The notes: generated from the sequence alone by a model not told the origin. Positions 14,109 to 29,674 are shown, counted from the first letter of the stretch. The stretch is DNA of 64,000 nucleotides from Eledone cirrhosa (GCA_964016885.1 OZ024741.1:214334001-214398000), one strand, 5' to 3'. Translations and numbers: made by a program.

Positions 14109-14110
<2 letters not shown>
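13895..14110. mobile_element. Family B hammerhead fold-back element, both cores mutated
   Basis: Inverted arms around ~13975; plus core CTGATAA, minus core CTGATGA...GAAT; right arm extends through actc(14054)...gagtac(14070). Confidence 0.8.
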
Positions 14111-14168
<58 letters not shown>

Positions 14169-14174
14169 GTATAT

Positions 14175-14525
14175 AATAGGCTATTCAGAGTATTATTGGT
14201 GGTGGTAGCAATATGACTACTCTATCTACCGACAGGGTGTATATAATAAGAAACAACGATGAAGTTTTCTTCAAATGTTTTTTATTGATTATTGATCTGT
14301 TACGTACGTTTGATAGATGATTGGCTCAAGGACACCTATGGAAACTATGGACCCGAATGCAACATCGATCTCCTCCTCAGACTTGTTGAATCACCAAGTT
14401 TGACGAGCATACTGGAGTCGGATCCATAGTTTCCATAGGTGATCTTGAGCCAACATCTGTGAAGCGTAACAGATCGATAATCAATAAAAACATGTAAAGA
14501 AGCTTCATCGTTTTATCTTGTTATA
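14175..14525. mobile_element. Old imperfect fold-back element (family C) with hammerhead remnants
   Basis: Arms ~14245-14360 and ~14415-14525; minus strand has CTGAGGA and (c)AAAC-GTAC-GTA. Confidence 0.6.
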
Positions 14526-14607
<82 letters not shown>

Positions 14608-14748
14608 TGTGTGTGTGTATAAATGTATGCATGCATTCGTATATATTGAAAGCCTTCTCATCAAAGGAAGTTGGAGGCCATAACACACACACACACACAA
14701 TGTATGTAAGTATATATGCATGTATGTATGTGTATGTATGTATATATC

Positions 14749-14780
<32 letters not shown>

Positions 14781-14812
14781 TGTATGTATGCATGTATGTA
14801 TGTATGTATGTA

Positions 14813-15423
14813 TGTCAGGTCACCAGTTGGTGCTACTGGTAACATGTATCCCAGTACAACCTGTCCCATGGTCGGGTCGTTGGCGACTAAACTGGCAACC
14901 CCACCAAGGTTTCTTGGTGAGGAGGGTGACTTTGGACATCCTGCAGGACTAAAAACAAAACCTGTCAAAGGGCAAAGGAGCTCTTAAGAGTCAATGGCCA
15001 TCCAAAATCACCGGGAGAGATGACCCCTTAGCCTTTGTCAAGGCAGAATTCTAGGAGAAGGAAAACTCTGATATAACACCTGCAACCCTGATGGTATCCA
15101 ATGATGTTGACTTGTTCTTCTTTTTGGTAAATATCATCTTGGTTAAGAGAGTGGGACTGGCTTTGTGCAGTGCCTTTGCTCACTATAAAAGCTTCACGGC
15201 ACAGGCATTGCTTTATATCTGGAGATCTCTCTGCACTTGTCGTCACATGGTACCATGGGCCCAGCACTATGTGTCAGTAATTGTCACAAGTGTAGTGTTT
15301 GTACCAGAGTTTTCAAGTCGCTGGCTGGACTAAAAAGTCACACGCGTTCAGCGCATCGGTAGGGGTTCTCCTACATGGATATAAAGTAGTGGCCGTACTC
15401 GAAAACGAGTTGGCAGCCACCAT
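14813..15423 (+). mobile_element. Bipartite RTE-derived non-autonomous retroelement (~610 bp) inserted in (TATG)n
   Basis: 5' half has RTE-5'UTR-like motifs (ggcgactaaactggcaacc; ggagaaggaaaactctga). 15282-15362 translates CHKCSVCTRVFKSLAGLKSHTRSAHR*, homologous to the last zinc finger of the adjacent LINE. Near-identical copies at 46428-47045 and 63299-63735. Confidence 0.85.
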
Positions 15424-15452
15424 GTATGTATGTATGTATGTATGTATGTATG

Positions 15453-17840
15453 TATTGGCTGATAAGAGGCGTGCTCTGTCACGCTACTTGACAGCAAAAC
15501 CACAGGAGAGGAATACGTTGCATGAGGAACTCAGGGATGTAAAATCACGTGTTAGGCGGAGTCTTTCTCAGATGAAGGATCAGGGGTGGAGTGAGAAGGC
15601 TGGTGAGATACAAACTGCGTCTGATTCCAATAACACAAAGCTGTTGTACAGTCTCTTGCGTGAGGTTTATGGACCGTCTTCTTCTCTGGTGACACCGCTT
15701 CGCAGCAAGGATGGCAAAGAACTTCTTCGTGACTCACAGGGAATTCTACGAAGGTGGCGAGAGCACTTTGATGATCTTTTGAATCAGCTGTCTGTCGTCA
15801 ATGAAGATTTCCTCAATCTCATTCCAGAAAGTCCTGTGAAAGTAGCTCTCGCAGAACCTCCGACGCTTGTGGAGGTTGCAGTGGCTATTTCGAAGCTGAA
15901 CAGTGGAAGATCTCCAGGTATGGATGGCATACATGCTGAGCTCCTACAATATGGTGGTGAGAGACTCCTGCAACATCTGCACTCTTTGTTTGGAAGGATA
16001 TGGGCTAATGAATCCGTACCTGAGGACTGGAGAGATGCAGTAATGGTGGTCTTGTACAAGGGAAAGGGTAACAGGAATGATTGTGGGAACTACAGAGGTA
16101 TATCATTGCTTTCTTTCGTAGGGAAACTTTTATGTAGGGTGCTTCTGGACCGTCTGCTGACACACATTGCAGATTGTGTTCTTCCTGAAAGTCAATCTGG
16201 TTTTCGTGCTGGACGCGGCACTACTGATATGATCTTCTCAGCCAGACAGTTCCAGGAGAAGTGCATTGAACAAGGCTTGGATCTGTATCAGGTTTTTGTC
16301 GATCTGACAAAGGCTTTCGATACTGTCAACAGAGATGCATTATGGAAGGTTCTCCAGAAACTTGGTTGCCCTGATAAGTTCCTTGCTTTAGTTAGATCTT
16401 TCCATGACGACATGAAGGCTTGGGTTAATGTCGGAGGTAACATGTCGGAGCCTATCTCAGTAAAAAATGGAGTGAAACAGGGGGATATTCCAGCACCGAC
16501 CCTGTTTGCCATATACTTTGCAATGGTTTTCTGTATTGCATTCCGGAATTGCGAGCATGGTGTTTACATCCGATATCGAACCTCAGGCAGCATATTTAAC
16601 ATCAGGCGCTTTGCTGCGAAGACAAAAGTATTTACATCAATCATAAGAGACCTCTTGTATGCAGATGATTGCGATCTTGTAGCGCACACAGAGAGTGATA
16701 TGCAGCACATTTTGAATGCATTTTCTGACGCTTGCACTGCCCTGGGTTTGACTGTCAGTCTCAAGAAAACCGTCGTCATGTACCAACCTGCCCCTAATAA
16801 GCAGTACACTGAACCAAACATCTATGTGTATGGCAAACGACTTGGAGTGGTTGATCAGTTTGTCTACCTGGGAAGCACTGTCAATCGATACGGCAACCTT
16901 GACAGTGAAATCTCACTTAGGATTAGGAAAGCAAGTGATGCTTTCGGAAAGCTAGAAAGGCGACTCTGGGGGTCGGCGAGACATATGCAGGAGGACAAAG
17001 GTAAAGGTGTACAGGGCATGTGTACTATCTTGTCTTCTTTATGCCCGCGAGACCTTGGTCACATATCGACACCACCTTAAGCAATTGGAGCGTTTCCATC
17101 AGATGTGTCTCAGACGGATCCACGGCGTTCACTGGAGGGACCACATCAGTGATGTCGAGATTTTGGAAAGCTCTATGTGTGACAGTATAGAAGCTCTTGT
17201 GCTTAAGCAACGACTCCGTTAGAGTGGTGACCTTGCCAGGATAAAGGATTCTAGAATACCAAAACAACTCTTCTATGGAGAGTTGGTTAAAGGAAAACGA
17301 CCGCCACATAAACCAAAAAAGAGGTATAAGGATTCTTTGAAAGCCTCTCTGAAAGACGCTAACATCTCTGCTGATACATGGGGAAATATTGCTGCTGATT
17401 GTAATAAATGGAGAAAGACTGTATATGAGGGAAAAGTTGCCTTTGAGGCATCTCGAATCGCACACGAGAAAGTAAAGCGGGATGTGAGGAAGGGCATTGC
17501 TGTTGCACTTCCAGACGGCAAGGGTCCTCCTATGGTGCTGACATGCAGCGTATGTGCGAGACTCTGCCTAAGCAAAGCTGGACTCGAAAGTCATCTTCGC
17601 AGTCATAAAGTAAGACCAGTGGTTGACTACCAGGCTGCTGTTGGAGATGCTACTCATCATGCTTGCCAAACATGTGGTAGAGAATGTAAATCAGCAGGAG
17701 GGCTCAAGCGACATGCAAAAGTACACGAAATCCAACCACAGCCGCCTATTCCCAGTGAATGTTTTGGTTGCCGACTCTGTGCAAGACATTTTAGATCATT
17801 GGCTGGGCTAAAAAGCCACATTCGATCGCAGCACTGTTAG
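15453..17840 (+). mobile_element. 5'-truncated RTE-clade LINE; disabled ORF with reverse transcriptase and three C-terminal C2H2 zinc fingers
   Basis: RT motifs YRGISLLS, QSGFR, FVDLTKAFDTV, GVKQGD, LLYADD, FVYLGS. Frameshift near the G5 run at ~16970; TAG at 17220-17222 replaces the W of RLRW. Fingers CSVC..HLRSH, CQTC..HAKVH, CRLC..HIRSQH. No APE domain. Confidence 0.95.
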
Positions 17841-18090
17841 TTGCTATCGCGTGTGTGTGTGTGTGTGTGTGTAGATATGCTTATGTGCGTGCGTGTGTGT
17901 GTATATATATATGAATATGTATATTATTATTGTTGTTGTCGTTATTATTATTATTGCTATTATTATTATTATTATTATTATTGTTATTAATGTATGTGTG
18001 TGTGTATATGTGTGTGTATGTGTATGTATGTGTGTATGTATATATGTATGTATGTATATATGTATGTATATATATAATTTCTTTTTTTTT

Positions 18091-18144
<54 letters not shown>

Positions 18145-18197
18145 CGTATGTACGTATGTTTTTATGTATGTATGTGTTTATGTATGTAAAAAAAAAA

Positions 18198-18452
18198 GGT
18201 CTAAAGTCTGTCTTAAGCCAGAAGGCTCATTTGGCCGGTGCTTATCCCGGTTTCATGGCGTGAAGCGACTGAGTGTACAAGACTTCCCCCTGGACAAGAC
18301 ACCAGTTCATAGCAGGGTTAACCCCCCAGCTATTGCTGGTACTCATTTTCAGCTGAGTATACTGGTGCGACGTGAAATGAAGTGTTTTACTCAAGAACAC
18401 AATACACAACCATTATGATCCTAAGTCCAACACCCTTACCACTAGGCCACGT
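18198..18452 (-). mobile_element. tRNA-derived SINE, second family
   Basis: Minus head gtggcctagtggtaagggtgttgg; shares body with 31742-32035. Confidence 0.8.
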
Positions 18453-18472
18453 ATGTGTATATGCATATATGC

Positions 18473-18556
<84 letters not shown>

Positions 18557-18834
18557 GTGTGTGTGTGTGTATGTATGTCTTTGTTCCGGTGTTTTGCTTC
18601 CTACTTCCTTCCTCCTACCGGCACTCCTCTTCTACCCCTACCCCCACCCATTTCTACCCCTACCCCCACCCACTTCTACCCCTACCCCACCCACTTCTAC
18701 CCCCACCCATACATCTCCTCAGCCAATCAAATGCTACTCTACCATGTTCCGTCTCTTAAAGAAGCTTGGTCAACGCAATTATCAACTTCCCTGTTAGAAA
18801 ACAACTGAATTACGACAGCCTCAACATAACGCCC

Positions 18835-19815
18835 ATCACCATCACCATCACCATCACCATCACCATCATATTCACCATCACCATCACCATCATATTCACC
18901 ATCACCATCACCATCATATTCACCATCCCCATCATATTCACCATCACCATCGCCATCACCACCACCATCACCATCATATTCACCATCACCATCATATTCA
19001 CCATCACCATCACCATCATATTCACCATCACCATCATATTCATCATCACCATCACCATCACCATCACCATCATATTCACCATCACCGTCACTATCCCCAT
19101 CGCTATCACCATCACCATCACCATCACCATCATATTCACCATTACCATCACCATCCTCATCACCATCACCATCACCATCATATTCACCATCACCATCACC
19201 ATCACCATCACCATCATATTCACCATCACCGTCACTATCATATTCACCATCACCATCACCATCACCATCATATTCACCATCACCATCACCATCACCATCA
19301 CCATCACCCTCACCATCACCATCATCATCACCATCACCATCACCATCACCATCATCATCACTATCACCATCACCATCACCATCACCATCATATTCACCAT
19401 CACCATCACCATCATATTCACTATCACCATCACCATCACTATCACCAAAACCATCATGACCATCACAATCACCATCACCATCACCATCACTATCACCAAA
19501 ACAATCAACATCAGCATCACCATCACTGTCACCGAAACTATCACCAAAACCATCACCATCATCATCACCACCACCATCACCATCACCACCACCATCACTA
19601 TCACCAAAACCTTCACCATCACCATCACTATCATCACACCCAAACCATCGTCATTACCATCACTATTACCATCACCATCACCATCACCAAAACCATCACA
19701 TCGTCAACAAACCACCAACAAACCATTAACAACAATCACCAACACCATCACCATCACCAACTCCATCACTATTACCATCACCATCACCATCACAAACCAT
19801 TAACAATCACCACCA
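18835..19815. repeat. (ACCATC)n-based cryptic repeat
   Basis: Directly visible. Confidence 0.95.
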
Positions 19816-19974
19816 GTTACTGTGTCATCACAAATACATCCTATCAACACATCTTAGGTTTGTCCTGAAAGTAAGGGTACTGATGGTTTATTGAAATATA
19901 TATTTGAAGTAGTCTCAGTTCTTGAGTAATTGTCCCCTCCATCTTGCTTATTAATTTTTCAGATTTTTTTCAAA

Positions 19975-20237
19975 ATAAAGTACCAGTAATGCACTTGGGT
20001 CGATTTAATCGACGTTCCACTCCCCCAAATTGTTGGACTTGTGCCTAAATCAGAAATCATTATTGCTCCGGTGGATTGGTAGTATCGGTAGTGGGTCGGA
20101 CGCCATGCTTCGACGCATAGAGTTATGGCCCTTGCCATTCCGAGTTCAAATCCCGCCAAGGTTAACTTTGCCTTTTATCCATACAGGGTCGATAACATAA
20201 AGTACCAGTAATGCACTGGGTAATTTGCTGGCCTTGT
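19975..20237 (+). mobile_element. Main-family SINE, partial plus full copy
   Basis: B box gagttcaaatcccgcc and central domain. Confidence 0.85.
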
Positions 20238-20939
20238 GCCAAAAGTAGAAATAAGTATTGCTTCGGGTCGAGCCATATTATCGTGTGAGTGAAAATTGAA
20301 AGACAGACGAAAACTGCCTGGAAGTGTTCAGACTTGTCACAAACAACCATGCTGAATCTCCCTGAGAATTTTATTAAGGATATACATGTTTGAAATATAA
20401 TAAACCACTTTCTCTCAGGTCTTGAATAATTGCTCCCCACCAGCTTTTATCCCCCCTCCCCCACTTATTGAATTTTACTAATCTATCTCCGGCGAAATGT
20501 TGTAAGTGATTCATATTGATACAGCAGCTGCAGAATCTAATAATAATTTTATTTTACATTAAAAAAAAAACAACATTATATATGACAAAAAAAAAAGAAC
20601 CTTACAAGAAATCCCATATTTACGGAGGGACAGTATAGAATTTCCGATTTCACAACCAACCGTTTATTCCATCCGCACCCACTTATAAGAATTTAATCAA
20701 ATATCCCCTCCCATGCTTATTCCCCCTCTTATTATTTGGGACCCCAGAGTACATGAAATTATAAATTATCTCCTTCAAGATACGACCCTTGGGAAGTGAC
20801 ATAGTGTTCCAACGTTTTTGTTTGTCATGAATCGTACCAGTATCGGAGGTCAGTTTCTGTTAATGACCTTAGCTTGTCGGTTACAATACACATTATGAAT
20901 GTTGAAAGTATTTATATACAAAGAATCGTTGGACAGTTT

Positions 20940-21210
20940 TCACTGGCAAAGCCAACCGGCAGGAGATCCAGTGGTAGACCTCCGAGCAAGGTGGTTGCAT
21001 AACATTCATAACCTCGGCTGGAGATCAAACTGGATCAATTGGAAACGGTTGCTACTGACAAGACCCGTTGGAAATAGTATTTGAGGACTCTGTTCCATGA
21101 CCCGCTCAGGTATAAGTGGGCGGCTACTGCGGCGAAGAAGAAGAAGTGTGAGAAGAAGAAGAAGAAGAAGAAGAAGAAAAAAAAGAAAAGAAGAAGAAGA
21201 AGAAGAAGAA
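20940..21210 (+). mobile_element. 3' end of an RTE-type LINE with (AAG)n tail
   Basis: Frameshifted peptide LAKPTGRRSSGRP-RARWLHNI...DKTRW resembles the RTE C-terminal G.R..GRP...W...DR..W motif; similar end at 36905-36977. Confidence 0.6.
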
Positions 21211-21310
21211 GAATCACTGGACATATATCACTGGCAAAAGCAAAAGACAGGAGATCCAGATAATATTCGATATAAAATAAAGCTTTTTATAAAATAAAAC
21301 TGTTTTTCAA

Positions 21311-21495
21311 GTGGATTGGCAGTATCGGTAGAGGGTCGGACGCCATGCTTTCCAGCATAGTTACGTCCCTTTACGATCTGAGTTCAAATCCCGCCGAGGT
21401 TGACTTTGCCTTTCATCCTTACGGGGTCGATAAAATAAAGTACCAGTAATGCACTGGGTAATTGCTGGCCTTGTGCCAAAAGTAGAAACAATTAA
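21311..21495 (+). mobile_element. Main-family SINE
   Basis: A box, B box and central domain intact. Confidence 0.9.
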
Positions 21496-21883
21496 TAACA
21501 ACATTCGATTCGTTTGCAATTATGCAAACAAGCCTCAATTTTATAGCCATGTCAGTACAATGAACACTTCATTCTTGCTCTTATGTTGGCATGCGAACAG
21601 AACTGCAGACACTAACGTTTCTGGGGATCACACTTCATCAGTACAGCTCACTGTTTACATGCCAAACTGTCAGAGCTAGTCAAAATATATGCTATTTTCA
21701 AAAATACACAGTGACTGATCGGCCTGATTTGCATATTAGCAGACTGGCTGATCAGTCAGATCTGCATATTAGCAGATCCACTGATCAGCCATATTTGCAT
21801 ATCAGCGGACTGGCCTGTCAGTTTCTTCTAAATGGCCGGCTTTGTCAAATTCAAATAAAAAAGAAAAAAAAAGAGGAACATTT

Positions 21884-21915
<32 letters not shown>

Positions 21916-22118
21916 CGTGGGGTTCTGGTTTCGATTCTCAGACAGGGCGATTCGTTATGTCCTTGAGCAGGACACTTTATTTCACATTGTTCCTTCTGTC
22001 TGAATTTGCGCCCGGTAGATAGTATTAGTAATTGGAAATACCAATGGAAACAGTGTTTGCTCGGTCCATTTGAACGAGCTCCACCCCACGGGTTGTATTA
22101 GGTTCACGTTTTATGGAA

Positions 22119-22846
<728 letters not shown>

Positions 22847-22850
22847 ATAT

Positions 22851-22907
<57 letters not shown>

Positions 22908-22911
<4 letters not shown>

Positions 22912-23262
22912 AGGGAGTGTAACTTGGAGTTACTGTAGGTTCACCCGGGTGAGCACTCGATGTTTAGGTTCACTTCAGTGTCGAGGTGTAGAGCTAGACA
23001 GAGTGTATTATAGTGAAATAAGATAACAAAGACAATTGGTTACTCCTTCATTACGTTTATTGGTTAGTGACGCGCGTTTCGCCACTGACCAGCTCAAGGT
23101 TCGATCTGTATCGATCTAGCCCGACTCTGTAACCCGCGGCTCGTCAGACCCCTTACGATTTTAATGGAAAAATGAATATTTTGGTGGCGAAACGCGCGTC
23201 ACCAACCAACAAACGTAATGAAGGAGTATCCAATCGCCCTTGTTTTATTTTATCTCACTATC
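22908..23262 (-). mobile_element. Family D hammerhead element with inverted partial copy
   Basis: Arms ~23011-23086 and ~23184-23260; (TA)n on both sides. Confidence 0.8.
23066..23150 (-). ncRNA. Penelope-type minimal hammerhead ribozyme
   Basis: Minus: ggt-CTGACGA-gccgc...gtggc-GAAAC-GCGC-GTC-act, followed by AATAAA. Confidence 0.85.
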
Positions 23263-23559
23263 TATGTATATATATATATATATATATATTGTTATACTTT
23301 GGGAGGGTCATGTTGCCAATAAGAAACACACGCACCAAAAGCTTTCACTCCAATTTATTATAAATTAAATTCATAAATTTAAGAATTTATAAGCATTTAT
23401 AAATTTCCGGTTGGTAGGTTGGTTCCACAACCGGACGGTTGTTCATATTTTGTCAGAGTTCTTTCGTCACACATTCTGTGACTTCTTCAGTAATGTAAAC
23501 AATATCGGTTTCAACACACGTTTTCAGATAACGAATCTTGGTAAACAAATTCAGAAACG

Positions 23560-23614
<55 letters not shown>

Positions 23615-23657
23615 TCAAACTATGTTCAATACATTTTATTTCTGACAATCGTTTCTT

Positions 23658-23726
<69 letters not shown>

Positions 23727-23825
23727 ATATATCCCTACACGCAAAAAACGAATAGGGACACATGTATTATCCAACCATATGCCAATGTGGTTCAATGGCA
23801 GGTTAATAAATTAACGAGCCAGAAC

Positions 23826-24372
<547 letters not shown>

Positions 24373-24878
24373 TTATGAGTTACCAGTTGAGACGTGTAAG
24401 ACGATATTGAGCTCAATACTCGATACTTGGGAAAGTAGTGTGTATATATAATTAAAGTTAGTGCCCAACACCCGAGCTCACTAAATTTTAACTATATATA
24501 GAGAGGGAAATAGATCAGAAGTATACCAATTTCAAACTAGTAAGACCATTATTCAGAAGAGTACGTCTTTTGGAATTAGCTGTCGGAACGGCAAGAGCTC
24601 AGCTGTCGGTCCCGACTCTCTGACACACACACACATATATATGTGTGTGTGTTCGTGTATGTGAGTGCATATGTGGGTGTGTATGTATGTATATGTGTGT
24701 GTGTATGTATGTATGTGTATTTATGTATGTATGAGTATGTGTATATATATATGTTGTATGTATATATGTGTTTGTGTATGTGTGTGTGTATATATATATA
24801 TATATGTGTGTGTGTATGTATATATATATATATGTGTGTGTATATGTGTGTATATATATGTGTGTGTGTATATATATA

Positions 24879-24914
<36 letters not shown>

Positions 24915-24990
24915 CATGTGTGTGTGTGTATGTATGTATGTATATATATATATATGTGTGTGTGTGTGTATATATATATATGTGTGTGTG

Positions 24991-25055
<65 letters not shown>

Positions 25056-25218
25056 GTGTGTGTATATATATATATATGTGTGTGTGTGAGAAAGAGAGAC
25101 CTTTGCTTTACCTCAGTCTATTTCACCACTGTCACGTGGTGTTCCCATTTCCCGTTCATATTTTCTCTTCATTACCCTTTGTCAACTTGTCCGAATTTCT
25201 CAATCCAGTCTTACATTT

Positions 25219-25813
25219 CACACATACACTTTCTCTCTCTCCCCCTCTCTCCTGTCTCTGTCTATCTTATCTCCCTCCCTCTGCTGTCTCTCTCTATCTA
25301 TATCTCCTCTTCACACATGTACTTTCTCTCTCTCTCTCTCTCCCTCGCTCTGCTGTCTCTCTCTATCTATATATATCTCCCCTTCACACATACACTTTCT
25401 CTCTCTCCCCCTCTCTCCTGTCTCTGTCTATCTTATCTCCCTCCCTCTGCTGTCTCTCTCTATCTATATCTCCTCTTCACACATGTACTTTCTCTCTCTC
25501 TCTCTCTCCCTCGCTCTGCTGTCTCTCTCTATCTATATATATCTCCCCTTCACACATACACTTTCTCTCTCTCCCCCTCTCTCCTGTCTCTGTCTATCTT
25601 ATCTCCCTCCCTCTGCTGTCTCTCTCTATCTATATCTCCTCTTCACACATGTACTTTTTCTCTCTCTCTCCCTCCCTCTCCTGTCTCTCTCTATCTATAT
25701 ATATCTCCCCTTCACACATACACTTTCTCTCTCTCCCCCTCTCTCCTGTCTCTGTCTATCTTATCTCCCTCCCTCTGCTGTCTCTCTATCTATATCTCCA
25801 CTTCACACATGTA

Positions 25814-25852
<39 letters not shown>

Positions 25853-25925
25853 CCTCTGCTGTCTCTCTCTATCTATATATACCTCCCCTTCACACATACA
25901 CTTTCTGTCTCCCTCTCTCTCCTGT
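25219..25925. repeat. ~165-bp CT-rich tandem repeat x4
   Basis: Unit starts cacatacactttctctctctccccctctctcctgtc at ~25221, 25388, 25553, 25715. Confidence 0.9.
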
Positions 25926-26165
25926 TTCCTTCTCCCTCTATCTCCAATTTCCATTGCACACACTCTCTCTCTCTCTCTCTCTCTAACTCTCTGTCTCACG
26001 TCTTTTCCCCCCACATCACTCGCTTACTCTTTCTTGTGAACTCTCTCTCTCTCTTTATCTTTCTGTCGCTTCCCACTTTTCCCTCACTTGCCTCTATCTG
26101 TCTCGTCCTCCTTCTCCGATACTCCCTCTATCTATCTTTCTGCCTTTCGCAAAACTTGATTTGCT

Positions 26166-26256
<91 letters not shown>

Positions 26257-26259
<3 letters not shown>

Positions 26260-26433
26260 CGAAGTAGTTGTGGTAAGGAACCAGATTGACCATAACGCAC
26301 CAGAGTACTCAATACTTAGAGTAGTAGAGTGGGTAATAGGAGAAAGTATGACCCCGACGGCAGAGCTCAAGCCGTTTCAGAAATAGCCGTCGAAACGGCT
26401 TGAGCTCTGCCGTCGGGGTCATACTTTCTCCTA
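26257..26433. mobile_element. Family G fold-back element (hammerhead 3' half only)
   Basis: GAAA-cggc-ttgagctct-gccg-TC-ggggtc plus inverted copy; (TA)n flanks. Confidence 0.8.
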
Positions 26434-26944
26434 TATATATATATCTCTATATATCTGTTTCTCATTCTGTCTTTCTTTCACCTTTCTCCCAGATCATTCG
26501 TTTACTCTCTCTCTCTATGTTAGTCTTATTCTTTCTAATTCCCTTCTCTTTGCTTTCCCCCATATATCCGTTATATCTAGAGTTAGTGGGGGTGGTAGCA
26601 GATACTGAAGTATACACACACACACACACATGCATACACACATACACATACAGGCATACGCACATGAACGCACTATTAAAACGCGCAGACTCTCTGACAT
26701 ACGCAAACACACTTTTACATATTTTTAAACAGACACACAGACACGAAACTACTATAGTGACAGACACACAGACACAGGTATACAAGAAACCAAACAACAC
26801 TCACACACACACACACATATATAATACATACACACAAAAACAAACGCGTATATATGTGTATATATATATATATATATGCGTATGTGTGTGTGTGTTAAGT
26901 ATTTCCGTAGAAAAGGTAAAATAATATATATAATGTATAAAAAA

Positions 26945-27009
<65 letters not shown>

Positions 27010-27213
27010 GTATAAAAAAGAATATATATATATATATATATATATAAAACGGGTCTCCATCGGTTTCGTAGAAGATCAGTTCCAGTTGTTCGATCCACGG
27101 AACAGCCCACATTGTGATATCGACGTGGATGCGACTAAGCATTCCGTAGACACGTGTATCCTTAATGTAATTCTCAGGGAGATTCGGCTTGACGCTGTCT
27201 GTTCCTTGAATTC

Positions 27214-27249
<36 letters not shown>

Positions 27250-27424
27250 ACATATATATATATATATATATATATACACGCAACACAGAAAATCTAAAGC
27301 AAGTTGACGTGCCGGGTAGAAGCAAAATGAGAGGAAATGTAAAAAAGGGGTGGAGAGGAAGGAAGGGATTAGGTTAACATGGAAATTAGGGAGGCAAGCC
27401 ACTTTCCCCCAGCTGTTTCCTACA

Positions 27425-27467
<43 letters not shown>

Positions 27468-27472
27468 TAGAT

Positions 27473-27519
<47 letters not shown>

Positions 27520-27572
27520 TATTTACGTATCGAGAAAGAGAAAAAAAGGGGAGGATAGGTGATACATATAGT

Positions 27573-27604
<32 letters not shown>

Positions 27605-27610
27605 TACAAT

Positions 27611-27658
<48 letters not shown>

Positions 27659-27740
27659 GATCTTTATATATATATATATATATATACAGTATTTACGTAT
27701 CGAGAAAGAGAAAAAAGGGGAGGATAGGTGATACATATAG

Positions 27741-27783
<43 letters not shown>

Positions 27784-28106
27784 TACAATTATATATATAT
27801 ATATATACATATATATATAGATAGATTTTTATATATATATATATGTATGTGTGGTGTGTGGCGTGTTGCCGCTGCTGCTGTTACTACTGCTGCTGCTGTT
27901 ATTGTTGCTATAACAGTGACGATATGATGGAGAGGGAGGAAGGGGAGGATGAGGTCGTGTTACAGTGGGAGTTGGTTGAGAAGCAAAGGAGGAGAAGGAG
28001 GAGGATATGCTGGCAGAACAAGGCTTTCTCTAAAACTCTGTCTTCTTAATAGTTCTCTCTGTCTGTCTCCCTCTCTCTCTATCGTTTAGTCTCTCAAATC
28101 CATATA

Positions 28107-28148
<42 letters not shown>

Positions 28149-28560
28149 GCTTTCTGTCTGTCTATCTATCTACCTTTCTCTCTCTCTCTCTCTCTCTCTT
28201 TCTAAAACACACACACATATATATATATCGTATCTCTCCCCCTCGTTCTATTAAACACTCATTTCTCTGGTCTTTTTCGCTTCTCTAATCCATACTCTTT
28301 CTCTCTCTAAACATTATCATTTCCCCCCCCTCCGTTCTTTCAAATACACTATCTCTTTCTCCCTGTCTCTCTCTGTCTCTTTTTCTCTCTATCTCTCTGC
28401 CTTTCTTATCTTTCCATCACACTCATACACGCACTCACTCTTTTTTATCCTCCCTCTCTCTCAAACATATATACATTCCATCTCTCTCTAGCTCTCTCAA
28501 ACATAAACACTCGCTATTTTATTATTTCTCCGCTCTCTCTCTCTCTCTCTCTCTCACTCA

Positions 28561-28612
<52 letters not shown>

Positions 28613-29637
28613 CATATATTGTATTCGTTCTATCTCTTTTGGCCTTTTAAACACACGCGCACTTGTCTCTTCCTCTCCTCTCGCTATCTTTGAATGTCTG
28701 TGTTTCTCTCTCTCTCTCTCACTTCCCTCCTTCTAACCAACCAACCGACAAACCAGCCAGTCAGCCAACCAACCAACCAACTACCAGGCAGCCAGCCAGC
28801 CACCTCACCAACCAGCCAGCCAGCCAAACCATTCAGCTTGTTATAGACATGTGTTGTTGGGTGTAGTAGCATTTAAAAACAAAAATAACACCACCACCAA
28901 CAACAACACCAACAACAACAACCACCACTACTATTACCTTTACAAGGCTGACCCACCGACCGTCCGTCCGCGTGTGTGTGTGTGTGGTTTGTATGTATGC
29001 GTGAGTGAATGTGTGTATGTGTGCATTTGTCTGTTGTGTGTGCGCTGTATGTGTGTATGTAATGTATGTTTTGTAAGTGAATGCGTCTTAACCGATCGCA
29101 GTTCGGCTTACTTTTACGAATACATGCATACATACAAAACATAAGACACACACACACAAATACATACACGCATATATACATACTCACACATATGTAAATA
29201 TACATACAACAACTACTACTGCTACTACTACTTTTACTCAAACAAACATACAAACAGGAACACACCCGCACATAGGTATATATATATATATATATATTAT
29301 AAATATAAATATATATATAACAAACGTATGTATAATAATATATACACCCACATGGATTAACAGACAGGCAGATACATAGGAAGAGCCTGAGACTCATACA
29401 TAGGCCAGGAACGGATATATATATACACCTAGTCTCTCTATATATATGTATACATAAATATATATACATATATAGCTTCTAACACGGAGAACTTACGGAA
29501 AACATAATTTACATTGGAAAGCTATGAAAATCTTCTGGTAAATTATTTCTAAACTGTATTTTGTTTGTAATTTTCTGTTTCGTTTCTTTTTGCACAAAAT
29601 CAATCCCTTGGGGATTATAATTATTATTATTATGAAA

Positions 29638-29674
<37 letters not shown>

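Noticed and set aside
15299-15452. N-terminus of the 593-aa RT ORF as genuine LINE protein
   Set aside because: Derives from the upstream non-autonomous element and (TATG)n; LINE homology starts at ~15453
23452-23495. Minus-strand CTGAAGA-agtcaca...tgtgac-GAAA
   Set aside because: Good stem II but no NUH triplet or stem I; counted only as a possible degenerate relic
24643-26386. 573-aa and overlapping ORFs
   Set aside because: Made of TA/TG/CT microsatellites and a CT-rich tandem repeat
29490-29610. Possible minus-strand exon ending at a GTAAGT donor (~29495)
   Set aside because: A single donor-like hexamer with no supporting acceptor or homology
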